Shown piece after piece: positions 26,395 to 39,369 of a stretch of DNA of 64,000 bases. A model generated the notes under the pieces. It saw nothing but the letters and a program-made list of their open reading frames with translations. It was not told the origin of the DNA and did not search any database. The stretch spans positions 28,288,001-28,352,000 of the forward strand of contig CP068257.2 in the NCBI GenBank assembly GCA_009914755.4, written 5' to 3'. The stretch comes from the human T2T-CHM13v2.0 reference genome, Homo sapiens. Made by a program: the position numbers and the translations under genes. Numbering within the stretch: the first letter of the stretch is position 1; each line of letters opens with the position of its first letter.

Positions 26395-26515
26395 ACTCTT
26401 GTTCTTGTCTCCTTCTTTTTCTCCTTCTTCTCCCTCTTCTACTCCTTCTCCTCCTTCTTTTTGCCTCCATGTCTCTCTGTCTTTATTTCTATCTCTATCT
26501 CTCTCCTTCTCTCAG
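26395..26515. repeat. CT-rich (TCC/CTT/TCTC)n polypyrimidine simple repeat
   Basis: ctcttgttcttgtctccttctttttctccttcttctccctcttctactccttctcctccttctttttgcctccatgtctctctgtctttatttctatctctatctctctccttctctc. This is the source of the Leu-rich artefact ORF 26160-26552. Confidence 0.75.
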
Positions 26516-27544
26516 AACATGCTTGAGTAACGTCCTGAGTAAAGGTGCTTAAAATAGCTCTCTTTAAAATTCAATTTATTCCGGTGTTGTATGTATTGCG
26601 TTAATTCCTCTCTTTGTCAACTTGTATAACTTTCTGGAATATTTTCTCAACTTTATTGTTCAATTCTTTTATGATTTTTTTCATTTATGCTCTTGTGTTT
26701 TTGATTTATTTTTCATCTGACTTTTTAATGTGTTATTTTTGTTTTATAGATGCAACATTATTTTTTAACTCTCTAAGGATATTATTGGGAGACTTTTCCT
26801 CCAAATAGTCTCTTGCTTTTAAGTTCCTTTTTTTTTCCATGTATTTTAGTCTCCAACTTTCAAGGTGAAAAACTTCCTTAAATGTCCTTTAACCCTTTGT
26901 TGTGTGCTCATGTTTAAGGAAAGGGAACTGGAATGTGGATTGTAAGATCTGAATGCAATAAGCAGGACTTAGGGGGTTCTAAGGTTTTCTAAAGAGGGAC
27001 CTGGAGTGACATTAGGAAAACTCCGATGTCAGTATATATGTGTTTGAGAGTATGTTTAAGAGTTTTTTCTTGGGCTGATTATATTCCCAAGAGAAGATTC
27101 TTCTGGTGCCCTCTGGGAGTCGAGTGAAAGAAAAGAGCTGGCAAACATCAACTCCATGAGACTATGGCCCCAGTTTCATGTGAAAGTTATAGGGAGAGGA
27201 TGTTATCCAGTAGCGTGAAGTCAATTGTGTCCTAAAGAGCTTTCCAGCAAGCCCTTTCATACTAGTTCTCTGTTTGCTGCAGGTCCTGATGTGATCCAGG
27301 CTTCTAGTTCTGAGCAATGAGTTTTCTACTCTGAAGATTAGCTTGATTCTTGCCTTTCGGCAGTACTACTTTAAGATATAGAATTCTTCAGTTGGCCAAG
27401 AAAGTTTCCACTTCTCTGATTATCTTCCCATTCCTTGTACTTTAATTGTCATTTTTGTGAGATTTCTGGGGGAAAAGTGTTCAATCCTCCACCTTTATCC
27501 AGAAGCACTTATTTTATAACTTTTAATATAAATTGTTATAGCAA

Positions 27545-27960
27545 GACAAGCATGATGGCTTACACCTATAGTCCCAACTACCTGGGAGGCTGAAGTGGGA
27601 GGATCACTAGCAGTTGGGAGATTGAGACCAGCCTGGCATCATAGTGAGACTTCTCTAAAAAAAATTTTTTTTTAATTAGCCATGCATGGTGGTGCCTGCC
27701 TGTAGTCCGAGCTACCTGGGAGACTGAGGTGAAAGAATCATTACAGGTCAGGCATTTGAGACAAGCCTAGGCAGAGACTCCATCTCTAAAAAAAATGTTT
27801 TTAATAACTTAGCCATGAGTAGTGGTGCATGCCTTTAGTCCCAGCCACTCAGGAGGCTGAGGCAGGAGGATTGCTTGAGTCCAGGAGTCTGAGGTTGCAG
27901 TGAGCTATGAGGGTGACAGAATGAGATCCTATCTCTTTAAAAATAAATAAATTAATTAAA
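27545..27960 (+). mobile_element. Old Alu (left + right monomers) followed by an extra tandem right-arm monomer, each with its own A-tail
   Basis: 27545-27668 is left-monomer-like (gcatgatggcttacacctatagtcccaactacctgggaggctgaagtgggaggatcac...gagaccagcctggcatcatagtgagac..aaaaaaaa). 27675-27790 is right-monomer-like (aattagccatgcatggtggtgcctgcctgtagtccgagctacctgggagactgaggtg...). 27805-27960 is a second right-monomer (ttagccatgagtagtggtgcatgcctttagtcccagccactcaggaggctgaggcaggaggattgcttgagtccaggagtctgaggttgcagtgagctatga...). Confidence 0.75.
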
Positions 27961-28082
27961 TTTTAAAATAAATACATTGCTTTAGCAGATGCTCTCAATG
28001 CCCCATCCATATGTTCTCAGCAGTTTCCACTATATGTGAACATGGCCTCCTGAATACAGCTGGGACTTTCTGCCTAAGGACT

Positions 28083-28245
28083 CTTTTCTTTCTTTCTTCC
28101 CTGCCTCCCTCTTTCCCTCCTTCCTTCCCTCCCTCCCTCCTTCCCTCCCTCCCTCCTTCCCTCCCTCCCTTCCTCCTTCTTTCCTTCCTTCCTTCCTTCC
28201 TTCCCTCCTTCCCTCTTCCCCCCATCCTTCCTTCCTTTCTTTTTG
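28083..28245. repeat. (TCCC)n/(TTCC)n polypyrimidine-polypurine microsatellite (~160 bp)
   Basis: ctttcttcccttcctccctccctccctccttccctccctccctccttccctccctcccttcctccttctttccttccttccttccttcc... It is the source of the Pro/Ser/Leu- and Gly/Arg/Glu-rich artefact ORFs at 27995-28347 on both strands. Confidence 0.9.
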
Positions 28246-31162
28246 ACTATGGAAGTTTGCGTTTAGTGCTAGAGAGTCAATGTCACTGGAAGTAATACCC
28301 ATTGGGAAAACTCCAAGGTATGTTCTATACTTTTTCCGGTTTCCCAAAGGGATTCAGTTCCAGTTGCCTGAGTGATCACTTGCTTGTCGGTGCATCTTTA
28401 TTGGCTTCCTCTCCTTCCTTGTCCCATATCCTTACTCCTCTACTATTCTTTCCTGGAATTGTCTCTCAAATTAACTAACAACACTCAAATCCTTGTCTGC
28501 GTGTCTGCTTCTGAGGAGACCCTAGATATTTCTCAACCTTTTTATACTTTTCACCTACACTGTTCTTTTTTTAGCTAGCTCATAATTGTTAGATAATTAC
28601 AATTTTTGAAGACTGGGTAATTAATCTTATTCTTAATGTCCTGGTCACAGCAACGTAGGTCACAAGAATTGCATTTGATAATCTCTTTCTTTAAGGCAAA
28701 CTGTTTCCTACTTTACGAATTTAATGTATCTCCTTCTTTAAGAAGTAAGGCATATTATAAGATATCACTTGATTAAAGTGGCCTGAGTTTTCCCATGGCC
28801 AGTAAATTTTAAAAGTATCTCCAAATCTGTGTACTAATTGCCTGTGAATAGGTGAGTAGGTGACCTCAGTCATTAAAAAATAAAAACAAAAAAACCCACT
28901 GAATCCCAAGTGTTTAAAAATGGAAATGCATTACTTCTGTGCAGCTCAGACATTTGGGGCAAATGAACTGATCTCCAAAAGCTTGCTACATAATGAGAAG
29001 AAAACAAGTAAGAGCCCGGTTAGGTGGATATTTATTCCAGGGCAAGGTAAACAAATTTCCTTCCACCACAGTAAAATTATTGAGCTGAAAATTCACACAG
29101 GAAACCAGACCAGTTTATCAACTGACTCTCTATCTTTTTAAATCCTAAAAAAGACAATCTTTTGTAAAATATTATTACAAAGTACCTGTATTCTGTAAAA
29201 TGACTTGACAATCTTAGAGTAATATTGATTTTTTTCTCATTGAATAGTTCTACAATAATCAATGAGAACAGTTTTTCCCCTCACAGCAGTAGACATTATC
29301 AATGTTTTAACTCTCTCTGTTTTTCTTCTGTAACAACCATAATAGGCAATTTAAAACATTGAAGCTGCCTTCTTTCCAGTGGCCAATTCATTGCATTATT
29401 TGTCTCTCTTTTTTATATTCTCAACATAAAACAACTTTTTTTTATTGTGTCCTCCACCCGACTGCCACAGACATTTGGAACCATATGCTCCTATCTGGTG
29501 CACACCATGGAAGAGTAAAGAATGTTAAAATGTGGCTTACAGTCTCCAGCAATGCCACAGAAAATCCTCCATGACATGCTGTCATACCCAAGACAGCAGT
29601 AAAGATGGAAATCTAGCCAGCTGTAGGCAAAGGAGTATCTGAGTACGTACTCTGGCCCCAACTTTGGTCTCTGAAAGTCACCTTGATAATGTCACTTACA
29701 TTTCTGCCTGTGGCTACAGAATCAGAGCAGCTCCTCTTTATAGCCTTATATAGTTATGCCAATATTAAGAATAAAATAATTGAAACAAGATATAGATCCA
29801 GATACATGTGACTTTACCCTTTTGCTCAGCCCCCTACCACAAATGATATAAAATCTGAGAGATAAGATCTGTGTTATATCATCACAAGCCTTAACCAGCA
29901 GCCAAGACAATTTTTGAAATAGATTACACTTTTGCTAGTTGATGTGAGAGGAAACTGAGTGACTAAGAGACTTCAATATTTTTGTTGTAAGTCACAAAGC
30001 AGATTTACTCTGCTCCCTTCACCAACTGTGCTATGCTGGTTCCCAACTTAGAGTTTTATTTATCAATCTGTGCATTTACCAAATGTTCCTTCCATTCTGA
30101 ACAAGATATGATGACTGTCCCTTCTGGGGAATTAAGATGATGTATGTGTTTTTTTAAATGAACCAAAAACTTAAGATCATTAATAGCTTATTTAAATCAC
30201 ATACATACATTATTTATAGATAAAGTAGGATTAAAAATATCAAGTAATTTAGCCTTTTTGTTTGTTCATGGTAGTACAATCTTGGTTTTCCATTTCTCTC
30301 TGTCACACTGTCACACTCCTGAAACCTTGTCCTACCTTATAATTTTAGGTATTCCTGCCTCATTCATATTTGATTTTCAAGCCATACTCAGTCTACACAT
30401 ATGGCTTTAGGGAGATGTAGCATGAAAATCTCCAAAAGAAAATTGCTGTTATTTACTTACTATTATCATCCATTTTCCTCCAACAAAAGAAAAGAGAGAA
30501 AAGGAGAGAATAAAAAAGAGAGAATCTCCAAATATTCAGTAAGACATACATATTATAGATAACAATGTGTTTAATTTAGGCTATATGAATATAAAAGAGA
30601 TGTTTCTTATTTAGTAGTAGCAATTTGTGGGCGAAGGAGTTGGCAATGATAAAAATGTCCAAAGTCACAAATACAGTATATAGTTAGTCATGGGTGGTGT
30701 TATTTGGCTCAAAAATAGACTTTTATTTTGCCTTTCTTTCTCTTAACCACATTTGGAATTAGAAGAGTGATGAGAACCAGCAGGAAGGTAGAACAAAAAG
30801 CCAATGACATTAGAGAAGTGTTCAAACAGTCAGCTAAATTCACTGCACTTCTCAACCACAGAAATATTTTCAGGTGATTCTGTTTTTGAGAAAACGTGGG
30901 AACCACAGGATCTACAACACTTCCAGGCAAAACTCAACAGCTCTAATAATAGTGACAGAAGTGAAAGCCAATTTGGATAAAATAAGACATTGACTCAAAG
31001 TCCTCTGAGAGATTTTTCAAAACAAAGTTTACAAAGCTCCTTTTGCCTTTTGGGAAATCACATTCTTCTTTGCACCTTGACTCTTTTTCTGAATTTCTTT
31101 CTGTCTGGGAGGATCTCCTTACAGTGTTTCTTCTCCATCTGACATCATGAAATGTGATACTC

Positions 31163-31298
31163 AAGCAGGAGAATCGCTTGAGTCCTGGAGGCAGAGATTG
31201 CAGTGAGCCAAGATCGCGCCACTGCACTTCAGCCTGGATGACAGAGCGATACTCTGTCTCAAAAAAAAAAAAAAAAAAGAAAAAAAAAGAAAAAGAAA
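31163..31298 (+). mobile_element. Alu 3' (right-arm) fragment with long poly-A tail
   Basis: caagcaggagaatcgcttgagtcctggaggcagagattgcagtgagccaagatcgcgccactgcacttcagcctggatgacagagcgatactctgtctcaaaaaaaaaaaaaaaaaaaagaaaaaaaaag. Confidence 0.85.
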
Positions 31299-32361
31299 CA
31301 AGGATATAATGAGATGTCTTTGTTCTATGCCTTTGTATCCCTCCAGACAAATCTTTTTTGTTGAACTGTTGTGCCCCAAACTTTTCCTCTGTTAAATGAA
31401 AGAGCTGAGATCAATGTTGTTTAAGATCCTTCTGTTTGTAATTTTCTATCCATAGTCTCCAGGCCTCTTCTACCTTGCTGGTTTGGTTATTACCCTCATC
31501 AGCTCTTCAAAATCTGGTGTGATCAAATTTATGTTTTGATAAATTCACTATTGTTGCAGTATGGAAAACAGATTGGAGAGGAAGATGGGGTTGGGGTTAT
31601 AGAGATAAGAGACTAAGGCAGTAATTCTAGAATAAATTGATGGGGATATGATCACATGTAGGAATAGCAGTGAATAGAGTCAGAAGAGACATATGGTGTT
31701 AAGCTGTCTGGAAGCAGCTTTACTGGTTTGGATCTGGTGAGGAGAAAGGAGAAGTCGAAGATCATGGGCAGGCTCTGGGCTTAGGTCATCTGTGTGCGTC
31801 AGTGTCCTAGGCTGGAACACAGAAGGACAGTCAACATTAGGGAACTGATAACATTTGGTTTTGGACTTGAAATGTATTGGGGACACTGTCACCTGAATGT
31901 TTCTGGACACTTGAGGGCTATGACTTTCACCCAGCACATACCTGAAGCCTATCTCACCACACACATGTCATGGCATCTGGAAAAAAATTCAAATCGGACA
32001 ATAATTTTGAAAAACATTGTAGATTTTTCTGGAAGTCTCCTTGGAAAGACAGAGGAAATAAGTTACATTGCATGTTATATATTAATATGTCTTTAAAATC
32101 ACCCTTGCATCTATCTCTTGCCCCAAGTTTCAGCTCTCTATAACAATATTTATTTCCTTTCCTTTTCTTAAAAAACAATCAAACAGAAACTTTTCTTCTC
32201 TAACCACCATCTTCTGAAATGTGAAAACTTTGCAGCTTTCATCCTCTTAGACATGAAGCTCGGAAGCCAGTCTTGGCCTTGGGTAGTTTCATTGCATAAT
32301 GCCACACTTACATCTCAATTTTATTATTAAGCACGTCATATTCTTGTTAATTATATATTAG

Positions 32362-32697
<336 letters not shown>

Positions 32698-35600
32698 TAG
32701 GTTATTTATATTAGGTAGGAAATACATGTTTATTGACTGAAAACAATTATATTTAGACATCAGCTAATTATTTTTCAAATCACAATTATTTTCACAAAAT
32801 TTCCCTGGACTTCGTAGGTTGAAGAAAACTCTCTTATAGATTCCCTAAATCAATTAATTTTATTTCTGGTCTCTGGCTTACACTTACCATATGCTTCATC
32901 ACGCTAAGTTAATTCCATACATATTATATCCTTATTCTGCTAATCAAAGTTTATTAGTCTTTGTATTCCCAATACCCACCCTATGGTTTGACTAGGTCAG
33001 GTGCCGAAAAAGTATTTTTTGTAAGTAAAGCTGTGAAGGTATCAATGAATGAATGTCTGTTCTCGTGTTTAGGTTTGTGTTTGCGAACTGTTGTTTCTCT
33101 CTATATTTTCTTGCTCTCTATAAAACACGTCTGTTTCTGATTGTTCATCTTATACTAACCCAGTTTGATTTTGCTTGACAGCAGGGACCTTTTTTTTCTT
33201 AGTTTGTATTCGTTTATTACATGTCCTGTTTTTACATTTTACTTTTTGCTAATGCCAATTGCTTAAAATATACTAATTGAATGAAGACTTGCAATCACAG
33301 TCCTGTGGGATATCCAGTCTGTTATCCTCACAATGACATCCTCAAGTTTAAAAAGTGGGCACTCATAAGAAATTGAACAAACTTTGTGATATCCTAGCAA
33401 CAAAGAAGGGGCAAAAACTACTGAAAAGTTTCCTGATGGTGTTTATCCCCATGTGATATTGCACCTTCTGAGAACATGTTTGAAATTTAGTACCTGTTCA
33501 CAGGGAATTTTTAAAACATTAACACTTAGTTGCACTAACCTGTGTTGTGTGTGTTGTTTTTTTTTGTTTGTTTTCAGTAGCAATGTACATCTAAAAGTTT
33601 TCTCAATTGGATTACGTGTCATAGAAAGTACATATGTCTTCTACAGCATCTGCAAGACATTTGAAATATTTTATGAATCTTTTAGCAGAGAATAACATCA
33701 CCTACTTGAAAGTGCAAAAAACTTTTGAAAAATTATGTGGAGATGGTTCAAGTGTACCAAAATAGGACCACTGCATAGAAAATGATAAATGTCCCTTTAA
33801 TTAGAATGACAGCAGGAATTTAGGAAGGCAGAATTTAATGTAATTAAAATTAGAAAATCATTGTTAACAAGAGTTATGTTACATTTCTTGACGAGAACAC
33901 AATGAGGAATTTTTAATTTCGGATGAATCAATAATTTTATTTTTATGTCTCTCTTGAGCCTGTTCTAATTAAAAGAGTATGGAAGATCAATTAGAGGAAA
34001 CATTCTAAACTTCCCTTGTCTCAATTACAAAATTTTGCTTGAGAAGTATGTTCACAACATTTAGTGAAAGTTAAAAAACTGATACTTTAAAAACAAATAT
34101 GAATGTAAGGAACCAAGAATATTATTCAAGTCCAGGAGTAAAGAATAGATATAGCTGTACAATTTATTTTTGTTCATTACTGCTTACCTACTTATTGACA
34201 TTTTTAAAATTAAAGTATATATTTAAATAGTTACTAAAATGAATATGCTAGTAATTCAGAAAATTTGGAAACACAGAAAAGAACAGAGGGAAATTACCCA
34301 AAACCCTGCCAGGTAAGAATAACCACTGTTGATATTTTCTTCTAGTCTTTCTCCAGGTCAGACATATTTCAAGACGATGGTCGCCCTGTTCAAAATATTT
34401 TGTAGCACACTTTTCTACTTAGAAATTTATCCAGAACACTTTTCATATCAAATATTATTCCACTGAGTGATTTAATGGCCACATGGCATCATCCCATATG
34501 GGTGTAACAGTGTATATTAATGTCCCACCAGTTCACATTTGTTTCTAGTTTATTATTGTTTTTATTATTAATATTCTTTTAAATTGATAACTCATAATTA
34601 TATATATTTATGGGGTACCATGTGATGTGTTGATTTATGCATATAATTTGAAATAATTAAACTGAGCAAATTAACATATCCATCACCTCATTTGCTTATC
34701 ATTTTTATGGTGAGACAATCAAAATGTACTTAGTTATTTTGAAATATACAATACATTATGATTGACTCCAGTCACCCTACTGTGCAATAGATCTCAAATG
34801 TATTCCTGCTGTCTATCTGAAACTTTGTACCCTTTGACCAACAATGCTTATTGACATTTTTTATTAAGGAAGAAAAGTTTTATCATGATCACATTCTGAA
34901 CCTGCATGGTGAATTTAAATTGTAAATTATGCATTGCAATTGCACATCAGGTTTTTCAGCTTTGATTCTCTTAATTGAACATAAACTTAAGATTAAGGTG
35001 CTCAGTTTATTAAGCAGAAGAAACACCACATAAAACAGTTCTACACTGTGTCAAAAAGGAAAAAAAATGCTACAAATAAATTGTATTGTACCACATATTA
35101 AATGAGAAAAAAAATGCTTAAAGAGAAATTATTTTTAACATACTAATGAAAAGAGGGAAGTTTTTAATTTATTGTGGTAATTACAGCTTAGATATGGATT
35201 TAAATGTTAGTTATCACCACTCGTGTGTGGTGCCACTACTGTCTTGGGATGGAGAGCATGGTAGGGTAGGAGAGTTTTGGACTCGGAATTTATCACTACC
35301 ACTGTGCCAATAATAATATTGAAAGTTAATTTTTATTGAATTTAATATGTACCAGTTACTTTATATGCATTATCTCTTTAAATCTTCACAGAAATCCTGT
35401 GAGGTACTATAATCGTTACTCACCTTTTTCAGATGACTAGTTGGAGTTACAGGAAAGTTAAGCAAACTGACAAAAATTAGTAGCCAATAAGAGCCAAAGC
35501 TAGGATTCAAATCAAGTCTTTTAATTCATAAGACTGTGCTCCTCAGAATTTAATGTTCTAGTGTTTAGGTTTGTTTTTATGCACTATTATCAACAATCTG

Positions 35601-35779
35601 TGTATTTTTCTCTCTACATATAAAACTCTTCTCTTTTTATGATTGTCTGCCTTATGCTAATCCAGTTTTATTTTACTTGAGATCGAGAAAAATTTCCTTC
35701 CTTATTTTGTATGCTTTAATTACATTTCCTACTTCCACACTTGTCTAATGCTAAGTAGATATGCTAATAAGTGCTAATG

Positions 35780-35926
35780 AGTTGTTGGGGCCAGGATTCA
35801 AACCACGGAATCTAACTTGCTTGAGCCCGTGTTCTTCACAACAGGGCCACATGGCTTCAAGAAAGACAAGTTATCTCTCTGACTCAGTTTCCTCATCTAT
35901 AAAATGTGTAAAGGGAGTTAGATGCC
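35780..35926 (+). mobile_element. MIR SINE fragment, interrupted at its 3' side by the THE1 LTR insertion
   Basis: ...gttatctctctgactcagtttcctcatctataaaatgtgtaaagggagtt matches MIR gttacttaacctctctgtgcctcagtttcctcatctgtaaaatgggg. Confidence 0.5.
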
Positions 35927-36293
35927 TGATATGATTTGGCTCTGTGTCCCCACCCAAATCTCATCCTGTAGCTGCTATAATTCCTACATGTTGTGGGAGG
36001 GACCTGATGGGAGATGACTGAATCATGGAGGCAGGTATTTCCTGTGCTGTTCTGGTGATAGTGAATGGATCTCATGAGATCTGATGGTTTAAAAAAAGGG
36101 AGTTTCCCTGCACACACTCTCTCTTTGCCTGCCACCATCCATGTAAGACGTGACTTGCTCCTCCTTGCCTTCCACCATGATTGTGAGGCCTCCCCAGCCA
36201 CGCAGAACTGTGAGTCCAGTTATACCTCTTTCTTTTGTAAATTGCTCAGTCTTGGGTATGTCTTTATCAGCACTGTGATAATGAACTAATACA
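35927..36293 (+). mobile_element. THE1/MST-type MaLR (ERVL-MaLR) solitary LTR
   Basis: tgatatgatttggctctgtgtccccacccaaatctcatcctgtagctgctataattcctacatgttgtgggagggacctgatgggagatgactgaatcatggaggcaggt...gattgtgaggcctccccagccacgcagaactgtgagtccagttatacctctttcttttgtaaattgctcagtcttgggtatgtctttatcagcactgtgataatgaactaataca is a near-canonical THE1 LTR from start to end. Confidence 0.85.
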
Positions 36294-38555
36294 TTGCCTT
36301 TTAAGGACCTTTTCCTCTCAATAGTTTAATCATTGTATATGATTATTCTAGGCCAATGCAGGGCTAAGGAAAATAGAGCTCTTTATGGAACAGAACAATA
36401 AACATTGCTGTATTGCGATTTTCAATGGCTGGGGCTGGTCTTAGTTTCCATTCCTACAGGACCCAGTTAAGGATTGAAATATAAGTAGTGTGGGATCCCA
36501 GGACATATCAGTAGGAAAGCAGAGCAGTGAAGTTAAGTGGGCTGGTGATATGGTGTGCTATCAAGCAAGTCACCACTGTGGATAAAAGCAGCTTAATCTC
36601 TCAAGGGAATTCAGAAAAGCACAGAACACAGCTTGGAAGTTCCATTATGTGAGAGAGGCTGCCAGGATACTTACTAGTGAGGGCTACTCCCAGAGGCTAG
36701 TTAGGCACTTCCAGCCTGCTAAGTCTGTAAACAGAAAGGGCTCAAGAGACCAGAGGAAGCACCCAGGCAAAGAAATTCAGGTGCAAACCATTTAAAATCA
36801 CACCTGAAGGATTTAGGGGATCTGCCTGGAGACACTTTTCCACAGGATGTGCTGACAAACTTAACTTTTAGGTTAAGAGTTATTCTGAAACGTTTTTTTG
36901 TTTGCTATTGTACAGTTAACTTTATTTTCTGGAATAATACAGTCTTCTTCCTTGTCTTAGTAAATGCAGTGTAAAGAACATAATTGAATCTCTTTGATGA
37001 TTAAGTTTCCTGAAGTCCCTCAGTGCCCTATTATGACCAAAGTTTGGGTATTTTCATTTTACCTCAGAAAATGGTTTCACATACCATGACGCCTCAGAGA
37101 AATAGTTCATATGAGATCTCTGAAAATACAAGGAGAGAACTTGGAAGCCCAAATGATGGCTTTTATTTTTTTCTGCCTTGCCTCAGAGAAATGCACCTAC
37201 CATAAACGCAATTCTAATCCTTTTAGAGCAAAACAATTTCCAGCTCTACTTTTGTGACATCTTAGCGTACCCTTAGAAATATAATTCTCAAGAAAACACA
37301 CACATAAAGCAACAGCCAACAAATTTTGAATCAATCCTATTTCATTTTATTTTCAAAATGTACATAGAGCATGAAACACATTTTAGGAAGTAGTTCCTTT
37401 AATGAAATAACATCAGAATAATAGGTGCTCTAATCTACAATGCTTACTAATAACTGCTTTATTAAGCTAAGAGAGAATAAAAATCATGGACACTGAAGGA
37501 CCATGAAAAGAACATATGTACTGACCCAAAGTGGTTCTAATTTTTAGGACTGAAAAGGAGATTCACTGAGTGAAGAGAGGAAATAAATTATTACACAAAA
37601 AATTAAATTTTTTTATACAGCCTTTAAATTTGTTTTTCTAGATTCCCTGTTGCTCTTGTACCTTTCCACTTTTTAATAAATTTATTTTGTTATGTGAGAT
37701 TTCCTCTCTCTCTCTCTTTCTTTCTTCCGCCTCTTTTCTCCCAAACCCTTTCTCCATCTTAGCCAGTGTGGGGCAAGAAGATAGCTATTATTACAGAACT
37801 TCTCTCTCTTGCAGTCCTAAACATTCTCTATTGATTTCAGAAGAGGCATTCTGGGAAATTCACAGACATGGCTTTGAATTTCTTGTTTTGGTCCTTTCAG
37901 CAAATTTATAAAATGATATATAATGTATCTGTCATACTGTTTTTCAACATCCATTCAAATAAAAATTAATTTAATCTTAAAATTGAATATATAATTTTGT
38001 TTTGAAAGTGGTTAAAGAATGCTTAAATGTGTCTACAAAGAATAGCATGACATCTTTAATGCAAATATTTATAACTGAGAATTGTTTAAATGACTTTGTA
38101 GGTTCAACATCCTATGTTAACTGGAAGCAAACACATATTCCAGTTTATATTAATAGCATCTTTTTGGAAGAGACCGCTACTGTTCATTGAAGTCCTTTGT
38201 CACCTTCCTCTGTGATAAGAGTTGTAACTAGAATACAGTTACCCGGAGAAAGACTATATTTTTTAGTCCCGCTTGAAGCTATGTTTGACCAATTAACTAA
38301 ATTATTGCCAGTGGAATGTGAACAGAAATGGTGGGTACTAATTCTGCTCCTGAGTCTTAGAAAATTGAACATATGTTATTCCATGTCCTTCTGCCCCTTT
38401 TATGGAACATAGCTTTGAACCTTCAGATAAGGACAATGCTCAAGGAGGTGAAAAAGTAAAAATATGCAAAGAAACTGGGCCCTAAAGGATTGCGTAGACT
38501 GGGGGAGTCTCCTGTGAAAGTATCTGGCTTATTGTAGAATTTATATGTGGCATCA

Positions 38556-38590
38556 GAAAACAAACAAACAAACAAAAAAAAATGATGTTT
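38556..38590. repeat. (CAAA)n plus poly-A simple repeat
   Basis: aaacaaacaaacaaacaaacaaaaaaaaa. Confidence 0.8.
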
Positions 38591-39369
38591 TCTTTAAACC
38601 GTTTATTTTGGGGTCTCTTTGTTCTTTATATTAGCTAATGCATTACTCAATAGGCAGGGATGTTTCTATCCCCTGAAGCCACAGCAATTATCTCAAAGAA
38701 ACTTTATTCTCCTCACCAAGCAAAGGAGGTTAGGGAGCACAGAGTTGATTAATGCGTGCTTCCAGTCTGGGCATAATGGAACAGCTCATTAAATACATTG
38801 TTGAACTGTTGGTAGCAGACATTTGAGAAAACAGCATAAAGGTTATAAAGGTTGCTTTTTTTTTCCCCCCTACCAAATGGAAATCTTATTGCTTTGAAAG
38901 TAATTTAAGATGAGCTTTAAATCTCAAAAGTGCAATGATTATACCTACATAATTTCCATGTTTATGGATTCAAACACAAATACTCTGGTGGTAAGGATGG
39001 GAAATTAACATCCTTATATCTGCCATCAATTTCATCTAATATCATGATGACCGTATGGTTTTGGAATTATCAGTCTAATGTAAAATTGACAAAAATGAAA
39101 CTCATTTTTTGACAATGGAGATAATAATGATAATAGCAGAAAAGGGAGAAAAGTATAGAGAAAGGTAAAGGAAGAAAAAATGTGTATGATTGCATCTAAC
39201 GCAAAAGAAAATCAAAGAATAGACATACAATTGCTTATTTGATAAAGAAGGATCCCAGTCATACAGTTGCTTGAGGGTGGTAGAGGAAACAACACCTGGT
39301 GGCTGTATGTTCTTGGACTGTTATGTCAGATCTCCAAAAATAGCTTCTTGAATAGTTGTATTAATAAAA

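Noticed and set aside
27995-28347. Overlapping ORFs on both strands encoding (GREG/KEGR)n and (PSLP/FLPS)n proteins
   Set aside because: These are pure translations of the (TCCC/TTCC)n microsatellite; a frame stays open in any direction through such repeats.
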